From Lingula anatina (lineage: Eukaryota; Animalia; Brachiopoda): a DNA stretch of 64,000 bases. Below the pieces are notes generated by a model. The model was not told the DNA's origin. It saw nothing but the letters and a program-made list of their open reading frames with translations, and ran no database searches. Position numbers and translations under genes: made by a program. Positions 50,701 to 61,640 of the stretch are shown here, one piece after another (the first letter of the stretch is position 1; every line of letters begins with the position of its first letter). The stretch is taken from NCBI GenBank assembly GCA_051362555.1, contig CM120643.1, forward strand, positions 5,580,001 to 5,644,000. Reading direction: 5' to 3'.

Positions 50701-53644
50701 TCAGAATTACAAACAAGTGAGGACAGACAGGTTATCAGAAGACATTTCAGTCCAAACAGTAATCAAAGTAAAAAATCAAATTCTGAATCTGAGGATTACA
50801 CGAAGAGAAGTTTACCAAATGCGAATACATTTTCAAGAGGACCTGAACGAAACAAGAGGCATTTAGATAGTGAGAAAACTGAAACAAACAGAAGTCCACA
50901 AGGCATTCTAAAACCTGTGGATAACATTGAAATGTCACAAGAAAGTAGTTCATCTTCTGCTTCCCAGTCTCTGCTGCCGGTTCCAAAAGTTTCTCCAGGA
51001 GATAAAAGAGATTTTATAGTAATGAGGTACGTACTGGTAGGCTAAAGATGTCATCTGAAAATCATTTCTGATTGTTTTATTTCTTTTGGTTCATATACAA
51101 CTACCTTGATAAACTATGAAAATTGAAATTGAAAATTAGACATTCACATGATTATGATTTGCTCTCGTATATTATCATATGTGATGTTTCAAATTACAAA
51201 TATTGATATAATTATTATATGAGCAATCAATATATATATATATATATACTCAAAGCTAGAAAACTTAAAAATTTCATTTTTGCTTGTTGTGGATTTTTGT
51301 ATAAAATAAATGTGTTTGCAGCAGTTCAGATGATACTGGGTGCCTTGGGAGTGATTCTTTAGACCCTCAAGGATTGACAGAGAAAAACAGTGGAGAGGGG
51401 AATGCAGCAGACACCCAGGTACTGATTTTCCCAATTACTGGTACTTAGATATTAATTTCACCTTGTTTCTAATTTTGATGTTCTGATGTTGTTCTTGAAG
51501 TACTTGAATTGAGTTTTTTTAATTGGTTTAAAAAGTAATACCTTTGTTACATACTTAACTTAATAATACATTTGTTTCAGATATTCTTTTATTGGAAAGT
51601 CTTCTAAATTATTGGGTTTCCCTCATCTTATTTTCAGGTGTATCTCATATCCAGTAGCAGTGAAGAAATGGTATTGTCTCAGGAGAGAGATCTGTCACAT
51701 CAGCCACTCCAGGAAAGTAGAACACAGCAACCAAACATGAAGGCTTCCAAGTCACAGGTGTCCAGTAGCTTAGTCTCTCAGGTAAATTAAGTTGATATTT
51801 TTTTGTCCATGAGTTCAGTGATTTGGCTGATACATATGCTACTATTCAGCAAAGGTTGCTATAAAGCAACCAGACATATCTAAAAAGTGCAGTTTTAGAC
51901 CATGCTGTAAATGATTAGACATATTCCCAATTTATTGTCAAATTTGACCAATTCGTGACAATTGTCTCTACAAATTTATGCGTTTGTCCAAAACAAGACC
52001 ATTCACTAACAGAATTTTTTTTAATCACAAACATTATTTAGAAATGAAATGATATTGCTGTTTTTTCATATAATGCAGGTTCATCCAGATTTACCCAGCA
52101 AAGACAAGCAAACAGATGGAAAAGTAGAACTTGCAAATGGTAATTACATACACGTATCTTGTTAATATTGTCTGATGATTTACCTAGAAACTGAATGGTA
52201 TTTTTATAATTCAAACACACAATGGGTTATACTTAAAATTAAGGCCTTAATGTTGATTTGTATTTTCATTAAACTGTCCAATTGTCTTCTTAAATCATTT
52301 GACATCACTGACAAAGAATTACAACCCCATTTTCTTTGAATAGTGATATGGTATCAAATTTCTTAATTATATAGAGCATCTTTTTTAAGATATTTCAGCT
52401 GAAGTCACATCTGAAGAAGAAGAAGGGGAGTCCAATGATACCAGTAGTATAGGAGACAGTGCAGGGCAGCAGTTACTTTCCTATGTCATAGAGGAATCTG
52501 ATGTGGAAGAAGATGAAGACAAAGCCTCAGATGTTTTGCCGACTACCTCTACACAGTCTTTCACACAGGTACTTTACCCAATAAATATTGTTCTTGCAAA
52601 GCTGCGGTTGTGTAAATGCTGCATATTGTTAGATATTCTTGAACACATTCCTCCAAAGATAAAGAAAACATCAGGGTAGTCCTTAGCTCTTTTCAGTTTC
52701 ATCATTGCTATTTATCATTTGTATGTTATATTTGTGACATCTTTCAAACCCACGTACCTGTTACTGTATTATAATTATTGTTATTTAATTTTTAGTTTTG
52801 CCAAATGAACAAGTACATGAAATTTAATATATTAGTGCTTGGAATTCCACTGGGAACTTCTTAAATTAATACACATCCCCAGCTTTTAGCTTTCAAAATT
52901 CACTCCAGCAAAATTGCCTATAAACTTCTCTGTTATTATAATAATGGTATTAAAAATTTTTTGAATGACTTTTCAGTTTGATGCTATACTTGAAGACTGC
53001 CATGTCAAACAACAAGTAGTGTCAGAGAAGAAGTCTCACCTTCCTAAATTAGAGAGGCACTTGCGCCCAGAGAACACCAGATTGTGTGTTGTGAAAATAC
53101 AGCGAGATGAGGTAAAGCAGTTGCAGTTCACCTTGTGCTTCAACTTATATATTAATTATACAGCAGAAATAGGTATTTCCCGAGATAAGTATTTGCCACA
53201 AGACCCATACTGTGTTTCTGTTCTTAAGTGGGTGGCTGAGAAGAGGGAAGGGGGCAGATTTTAAGATAAGTCCCAGTTATTTGCCATTTCTTTTCTTATA
53301 TCTTGTCTCCAAGTATTGTAATTACAGGAACTAGACTAATCTATTAATGAATTATTTGCAAACAAATTATAATTTTTATGTGAGATCATAATAAAAGTCA
53401 GTTCACATTTGCTAGCAAACATTATTCCATTTTCAAGAACAAGTCTTCTTATCGCTTGCTTTTCTTAAATAATTACATCAGCTGTGTTATTGTTAAGATT
53501 TGCCTATTACATTTGTGTAATGTTTTAGTTTTATTTTTGAATATATAAACTTGTATAACAGTTCGTATTGATTCAGGGCCAATTTTTTCTTCTCAGGCTC
53601 TAGATGACCAACTGAATAACAACAGTGACAGCATGTATTCATGA
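47798..53644 (+). CDS. TINF2: TINF2/TIN2 N-terminal-domain protein (shelterin TIN2-like), ~686 aa, 12 coding exons
   Basis: Exons with consistent phases: 47798-47864, 48187-48395, 48625-48711, 49317-49520, 49939-50144, 50394-51026, 51322-51418, 51638-51781, 52079-52139, 52399-52568, 52977-53111, 53597-53644; total 2061 nt. Motifs VIPYTLFSRLMTGLRTM, LAKLNEYFP and EDFGQDFKDSVRRLVNEFVSKIEEILP align in order with human TIN2 LVRYRHHERLCMGLKAK, LKALNHHFP and [27 protein letters not shown] (recalled, not searched). The long C-terminal half is S/E-rich. AATAAA at 54131. The gene structure is more certain than the orthology. Confidence 0.75.
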
Positions 53645-54684
53645 AAACCATCTTGGTGGAGTAGGACAACCTGCTGCCACTGCCCAGGTGGAGGTTGTCA
53701 GTCCCAGCATGCTAGGGGGTAGACAATCCCCTACTTATTGTTGTTACAAGACTGGTCAGCTATCTTTACCAAGTACAGTACTGCTAGTCTCCTAAAACCA
53801 TTACCTCGGATGTGGCTGCTGTCACCCTGGCTTTAAAATGTTTGCTGCACATGTTGAGTCTTCAGCTTTGAGAAGGAAAAATACAGAAACACAAAGAATG
53901 TGATCTCAAATTGTGCCAGGCCTCATATCACTGTTGTGTTTATTAATTAGTGTAGTTATTAATATGTACTTCTTTAGTTCGGTTTAATTTTGTGCTTAGA
54001 TTTTTTTACTGTAATATAAGCCCAACTTTCTACATGCGTGAAATGTTTTAAAACTTGGATAGCTGTTGATCATAAAGGAAATACCATGATGTTATTTCTA
54101 GGGTACTGGAATTGTTAAAAATTTTAATCAAATAAAACTGAAGTGCTTTGTGATGAGAATTAGCCAAGAATTATACATTTATCATCAGACTTAACTTTTT
54201 CAAAAAGGAAAATGCTTGCAAAAGTTTCATTATAATTAAGCAGATTTAATTGGCATGATAAGTTGTATCATCTTCTGCTGAAAACTTCTACTGAATAGCG
54301 ACAAAATGAGGATGACGTGTCAAACAACAACCAAAATAGTTTTTAGTTTGAGGTAAGAAAGTTTTATATTACTTAAGAGTGTTTTAAATTTTGCAGTTAG
54401 ATGTTTCCCATTAATCTGTAGACGATCATTTCTTCCTGCAGTAGACATGTTCAAGCATTGTTTTACAAACAATATCAACCAAAGTCCAATCTGCTTTTTC
54501 TGGCAGTGAAGAGGCTCCATAAAACCACACCCTCCACATGGAATAAGCATGTGCAAGAAATTCAACTTCTCACATGATATTTATTTAAATCTCTAGTAGT
54601 TTTTCACTGCTATGCTGGTACTACCTCCTTATGAACGATGATATCTTTGTAAGATCATGTTTTCCTTTAATTCTGAAATAAAAA

Positions 54685-57600
54685 TCATGCAAAGTCCTTC
54701 CATTTCCCCTTGTGTAGAACCTTGTTCTGTGCTTCCAGCCGCTGCCAAGACTGCTTGCTTTTGTAAGGGTACATGAAAGGGTATTTCTTAGGTTTGTACT
54801 GCTCAAATGGTGATATGACTTTGAGTTTTTCTACTAAAACCTGTTCATTAATGTCCTTTATATCCCTGTACTTGTCCAGGTAGCTGAAAAATAAAAAACA
54901 AATGAAAATGCTTGACAATTTCATCATTCTTACTGGAATGTCTTGACAAGGTCCATGTTGGTGACCTGAACCCAAGGCCAGTCTTCCCAAGGCCAGGGCT
55001 TCCCCCTCAAAGATGACAAATACATTTAGTTAACAAATTATTTCAAAGTATTATGTGTAAAATGAATTCTAGGAAATGAATAAATTTATGAGCACACATC
55101 TTTTTGACAGCTGTATCTAGATGATAAAATTTACAAAATACATTGACATAAAATGTAAGTATTGTAGACACTGAATTTAGCCCTACAGATGGGATCTGAG
55201 TGCAATATAACTGAACAATGGAATAAACCCACAATAATAAGCAGCCACCCAAATGTATCACATTTAGGCCCTTGAAGGGGCATGCTTTTTCAAATAATTT
55301 AGAACACTGCCACTGAACCTGATCTGTAATATACATACAAATTAAATGGTTCTCTGTGTGGATACTTGACTTGCTTTGGGCGGTAGGCAGGGGGATAGTC
55401 GTACTCATAGGATGGCTCCTTCATGTCTAAAAAGAGAAAATATGCCATTGCCATATGGATATTTATAAATGATGGAACTGTCTGGGAAACCTGCACGACA
55501 AATATAAAATTTGATTGGCTTTGAAGTACAAAGTAAGACTATAAAAGCATTAGAAATATGATTTCAGCTGCTTGGCAATGGTAACAACATGCTATCATAC
55601 TCACACACTGCTTTCATACTCGCTGAGTATATGACGATACACTTCTCTCACGCTGCTGTCATACTTGCTGAGTACATGACGATGCACATCTCTCACGCTG
55701 CTGTCATACTCACCGAGTACATGATGATGCACGTCTTTCACACTGCTATCATACTCGCCGAGTACATGACGATGCAAGTCTCTCACGCTGTTGTCGTACT
55801 CGCTGAGTATATGATGATACACATCTCTCACACTGCAATCATACTCACTGAGTATGTGATGATACACATCTCTCACACTGCAATCATACTCACTGAGTAT
55901 ATGATGATACACATCTCTCACACTGCTATCATACTCACTGAGCATGTGACGATACACATCTCTCACACTGCTATCATACTCACTGAGCATGTGACGATAC
56001 ACATCTCTCACACTGCTATCATACTCACTGAGTATGTGATGATACACATCTCTCACACTGCTATCATACTCACTCAGTATATGATGATACACGTCTCTCA
56101 CACTGCTATCATAGCAGCACTGGAAGAACAGGAAAGCTGCAGGTGTCATGTAATCCTCATGGCGCTGATAAAACTTGAATGTGCTAAATGTTCTCTCCTT
56201 GAGACTGCGGCTGCAAAAGAGATCACCAGAGATCAATTCATTAAAACTTTTAATTTAATAACTTATGATGCAGAATTTAACAATAAAGTTAGACTGTGGT
56301 ATAATAAAATCAGAATAACAGAGTCAATAGATGGGCACAACATGGTTATCAAGTTCAGTAATTTATCTCAAGTTCTTGAAAATTTGTTTCCACCTGATAA
56401 CAGTTGACTGTTGACTGATATGAGAGGTTAAAAGGTAATTTGAGGGAAATGGTGTTACTTTCGTGAAAATCTTCTGAAAATGCAGATTTTCAGAATCAAC
56501 CTGCAAATCTAGCAAATAAAACTACCTGTAAATTCAAAGCTTAAAACAAAAATTCAGTTTGGCAGTCGCCAAGTGTATGAAAATATGTCAGACATCAACA
56601 TGAACAGACACAGGGGGCACTAAGAGTTTCTGTATAAAATACTACATGCTGTCTGTTACCTTTGATTTTTTTTTTCATTTTTTAAATTTTGAACTAAAGG
56701 CTGCCCTATTAAGACCCCTTTTTTTTGGGGGGGGGGGTATCATTTCTGTGTCACTTTGTTACTAAATAAATTTGTAAGAGCTCAGAACTAGTTTTGCTTT
56801 CCTTTGGAAAACTGTTATTAATGAACACCATTTTGGATGAAATATGGTGTTAATCCAATCCTTTCCTAGCATAGTTCAATTCTATTCAGAAATTTAACTT
56901 TTGTTGTTTTTTTTTCTGTGCTGACAAAAGAATCAACTTAAACCTCTAAAAGGGTAACTGACATCATCGGCTGACAACATTACAGAAAAACCACCTTAGA
57001 ATTTGAAATTCCATCTTCTGCAATCTGTTTTATAACATTGTCTACTTCCAGTTATTTTAAAATTAGGTCATGATCATGAACTTCTATACTCCTGAACTAA
57101 CTCACCAGTTCTGTGGTCTCTTCTCCAAGCTGTAGTCTATAAGTTTGTCTTGTTTATAGAGAATAAAAACATAACGCAAGTACCCTGTACCATTGGGAGG
57201 AAAGGGGGGAAGGTAATCACATATGGACTCCCCTTTATCTACTTGTTCTCCAGGAATATTACCTCTAGAAGATAAACAGGAAATAATATAAAATGATGTA
57301 TAAGAAACACATAATGACCTTAATTTTACTTGATAAGGAGGAACCCAGGAATTGGTAAAAATTTTTCAACTGACACCTCTCTCAGTCTCTGTATTTCTGC
57401 ATGCAAAAAATGCTCCACCTCTGATAAAATTTATTACTGCTGACTCTCACTCTTATAAAATGCAGATAGCGTTTACTCCAACAAATGGTTAATGTCCTTT
57501 ATGAAACTCAATGGTGAAATATTATGATATTACAGATCAACATCTTATAATTCTATTTTAGTAGTAATGTTCATATTTGCTATTATTATCATGAGAAGAG

Positions 57601-60558
57601 AAGCAAACAGACAATGTGTGACTTAACCAAGAGGACATCAAAGCACTGAAGACTCACACAAACCAATGGAGACACTCAGCAGTGTTGTCCTGCAAGTGAC
57701 CGTCAGGACTGGTCATCACCAGGGTCCACAGTGTGTCCTCAGGGGCATCAAACTGGACCACGGGGGCCTGGCCAGACTGTAAGTATATGGCATACACCAC
57801 TATCTGATATATCATAGCAACAGGAACAATGGCATCTTTGAGAAAATATTACACTCTTATGCATCATATCACTGGTTTGTTACAATAAGGTTATCTAAGA
57901 AAATACATTTAAAGAATGTTAAAGAAATTATAATCTACCTTATCTAACAACTAACTGTAGAAGAAATGGTATTCAGAATGGTTTTCTTATAGTATCTTCA
58001 ATTATTTACATTTCACTACAATAACCCCTGCTAACTCACCTCTGAGGCTGCTATCCTGTTGCCATAGTAAACAGGTGCCACATCTTCTGAATAGAGCTCA
58101 TAGAAAATGTCCAGGGGAACTCTCGGGGTGAAATAAACTGGGCCAAACAAATCTTTGAATATATTATAATGCCTTGCCATGGTAACAGAGAAGTCTGGAC
58201 CACTTATTTTTTCCCATTCACTCTGGACCTCTGATAGTGGTATCTCCACTGAAAACAATCACAACAGATAGTTAAACAAATAATCGTACAGTTTTCTGAT
58301 CATTTTTGTGTCCACTCAGTAGCTGATTTTATTTATTTATCTATCTTTTCAGTTATTCTTGTTAATTTCTGAACAAATCACTATGAAAAGGTCACTTAAC
58401 TTCAAAAACACTGTATCATATCATAAATTGTAAACTAAATCCCATCAGAAACATGTGTAGACTATAATATTAGTTATATTACAACACTGCAGCACATATA
58501 TTCACCAAGGTCAGCAACCCTTGGGCCCAACTTTACAGCAGCCGTCAAGGTGCATCAGTGTGAACTGCTTCCTTCAGATTTGATTTGAATGCAGATTTGA
58601 ATCACTTCCTTGACCCCTCCCTCCCCCAATGCAAAACACACAAGCACACTGTGAACAAAATGTGTTAGTATTTTAATACTTAAAAGTATATTGTCAAGTT
58701 TGAACATCTGTGAGATGTGTCTGAAGAACAGACAAAACTCATGTTGCCTTTACATAATTATTTTGCACCAAATATGAATATGAACATTAGCCAAAATCTC
58801 AATCATTACCACAAAGCATCTTATTAGCTTATATATATACATTAAAACGTGAAGAGAATCTGTCAATTCCCACTAATTTGGTATGATTCCCAAAGTAATT
58901 CATTAAGTAGAAAACCCCAAAATAACAAAAAAATACTAGTGGGGTCTTTATTGGTGCAAATTACTCTTTTCATGTCTTACCTTCAGTGTGCAGAATTTTA
59001 AAAGGTGACAGGTTTAAACTGTTAGTACTAACCATACCCAGGTCAAATGAGACAAATTCTGTCTTTTAATAGGGCACAGCATTATTCTTACTTAATACAT
59101 GGAATGCATATAATTATTTCTCTGAACATGTTTGCAACAAACCTCATAACTTAACGTGTGCTTAATGCTTAATAATATGCATGAACACTAATTCAGTGAC
59201 CGTCAAAATATTTCTTTTGTACATTTCAAAATCTTTTTAAACAAAGCTACTGAAAAATCTGAATAATTACATGTTCTAAGTCTGGCTTCATCTTCATACT
59301 GTCTTTTGTTCTTTGTCCATTCAACATATTCCTTATTGGATGGCCTATGCTTCACAGGACCAGTGGTATCTGGCAAACCAATGTCTATCTCTTCCACTGG
59401 TAGTGCACTTTTATGGAAGTCTGAAACACAGTGACATGTTATCATAATCCATTAAACATTTAACAGGCTGGAAATATTCAGCAGGGGATCAGATCTGCTA
59501 TGTATATGTGATTCTACATATGGGACTGATGGAATGTATTATATAAACTATATATTGGGGCTCTGAATATATAATAATACCAATGAGAATGAAAGAAACA
59601 CTATCATACAACTAGAGAAAAGAGGTGGCACAATGTCATATCTAGTAGTCTAACTTATATGACTATTTACAAGTAATATTTTTTTATTATTATTAGGGTA
59701 ATTCCACAGTATTCTGGACAAAATATGTGCAGTTATAGAATGGCATCTAGACCAACTGCAAGTTAACTTAAATCATTGTGTTGTGTAAAGACTAAATGTC
59801 TGTATTTTGACCTATTTGGGAATTTTACATGTAACAAATTTTTCATAAATCTACAGTTAGGTAAAGTTTTTGTGTCATGGAGGGGGCGTCAGTTTTTAAC
59901 TATGGCACTTTAACCCCTGGGAACATATTTGCTATTGACCATAAGGACACCAGGGATTTGGTACCCAGGCCTTTTGTGATAGCTATATTTGATAAAGAAC
60001 CATGTCTGATTAAGACAGTAAAATTTTTGCAAAAATTTATTTGCCCCTCCTCCTCAGTCAAATAGTACAAGAAAAGTCTTCTTTATAATAAACAGAAAAA
60101 TAATTATAGCTTCTTTCTTTTCTAATAACTTCTGACAAATAGGGCAACAAATTCACAGTCAAATAATAAAAATGAAAATGGCGTTTTGAAAAATTGGCAA
60201 ACATGGTGTCATTAATATACGAATATATTATAATCTAAACGAGATTGCTTAAAATTTCAAATTGTCTATTCATGCTCAGATGTGTGGTTATCTGTGTACT
60301 AAATGCCAAGTAACTTGCATGAATTACTAGAAAAATACGTTCGGCATAATTCCTCTACTCACCGGCCAACCGCATCTCTAGAGTTGGCGCTATCTCTGGC
60401 GGTATACCAGGTCTTTTAAGATATGTCATGCGTTTACGTTTACGAATAGGAAGATTATGTTGTCGTGTTCTCCATCTTATTTGGTCGACTCTGCACCTTA
60501 ATGACAAATGTCTCTGTACTAAACGCGTTGAAAGCGAAAACGTGACCGAGGTAGCCAT
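54685..60558 (-). CDS. MRPL38: Mitochondrial large-subunit ribosomal protein mL38 (PEBP family), ~418 aa, 8 exons
   Basis: Exons 60558-60363, 59420-59271, 58248-58040, 57776-57658, 57264-57106, 56210-56074, 55426-55339, 54883-54685; total 1257 nt with consistent phases. Arg-rich N-terminal transit-like peptide, IDIGLP, ARHYNIFKDLF, VYYGN, WTLVMTSPDGHL, HWFVGNIPG, YLPPFPPNGTGYLRYVFILYKQ, LKERTFST, TPAAFLFFQ, YPHREPFNFYLDKYRD. Confidence 0.95.
55590..56113 (-). repeat. 45 bp x ~11.5 tandem repeat of the MRPL38 exon 6 3' end plus splice donor
   Basis: Eleven full units from 55606 to 56100 plus partial ends. Minus-strand unit is TATGATAGCAGTGTGAGAGA(C/T)GTGTATCATCATATACT(G/C)A|GTGAG and translates as YDSSVRDVYHHILSE. 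Confidence 0.95.
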
Positions 60559-60654
60559 TTGCACGTAGTATCGGTGAACAGGTTTGACTATAAGTTGCTA
60601 CTTGCCAAGACAGCCTGTAACCAGAGCCAGATGGAAAACTGTAACGTAACATAT

Positions 60655-60928
60655 CCCGCACAAAAACGCAGTAGATACTCCAGCACAGTAGACTACTGCA
60701 ATCATACTGCAAACATGCCTCAAATCTGCTTTGATTTGGGAGCTAATTAGCATATTTGAAACATGCTTCTATCATGCTGCTAATCTACTGCATTAATGCT
60801 CCTCTCTGTACAAACCTATGTAGGCTACTTTTTGGAGGCTATACTGCATTTCTACTGCAAATATGCTCCACACCACTACTGCGTTAATGCTTCTTTGCTA
60901 CCTCTATACTACTGCATTTTCGTGCGGG
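60655..60928. mobile_element. MITE with CCC termini and 2 bp (AT) duplication, EnSpm/CMC-like
   Basis: CCCGCACAAAAACGCAGTAG / CTACTGCATTTTCGTGCGGG flanked by AT, with internal CTACTGCA repeats. Confidence 0.8.
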
Positions 60929-61483
60929 ATGAGTTGCAGCATCAACCACAATAAATTTTCTCTGCTTTCAAACTCAGCACAAAAAAGACTACTTTGAATG
61001 AGAAATCAAATTTCCATTCCAGCAGAAAGGTCAAGTTTTAGCACAACTGTTTTTTCCAAAATATTTTCCCTCATTTTGTGACACAAAAATCCGCACGTTT
61101 TCGTTACATACATGTACATCGTACCAATATATTTCAATCAAGACATTTTTGTTGAAGTAGATCATTTGTAGGATGCTCCGTATTATTGGAATAGAACTTT
61201 ATTACTGTACGGAAGCGTGGTCTAGAAGGAATAATGCACCTGTGTTCACGGCATAAAACGCTACTTTTTTTAATTGACACCATTGACATTACAAATACAT
61301 GACAATACAAAGAAGGGGGGAATAACATTCGCTAACACATTCACACTTACCAGAAACTGTGTGTGCTATGACACTTTTAATTAATTACATCGTTGCACGC
61401 TAAATATTCAGATTGAAAATAAATTAATTATATTTGAAGTGTACAGACAGAGTGATTTATCCGTTTTCACCAGATATCTAAGC

Positions 61484-61640
61484 GGGGCCGTAGCAATAGT
61501 CCGAAGGTTCAATAGTCCGAAGGTTCATTGGTCCGAATATTCACTATAGAACCTTCAGACCAATGAACCCTTGATTAAAAAATCGAAGGAAATGTAACCA
61601 CTTTTCGGACCAATGAACCTTCGGACTATCGAGACGCCCC
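61484..61640. mobile_element. MITE made of inverted 17 bp subrepeats
   Basis: (AATAGTCCGAAGGTTC)n on the left, (GAACCTTCGGAC(C/T)A)n on the right, with GGGG...CCCC ends. Confidence 0.75.

Noticed and set aside
46311-53644. Conserved LUBAC-TINF2 linkage (human RNF31 and TINF2 are both at 14q12)
   Set aside because: The gene here is the HOIL-1/SHARPIN type, not HOIP/RNF31, so this is not orthologous synteny.
55590-56113. CRISPR-like array
   Set aside because: The units are contiguous with no unique spacers, the context is eukaryotic and there are no cas genes.
55589-56407. 272 aa plus-strand ORF (HISHTAIILTEY repeats)
   Set aside because: It is the antisense reading of the 45 bp array and MRPL38 exon 6, open only because the unit lacks stops.
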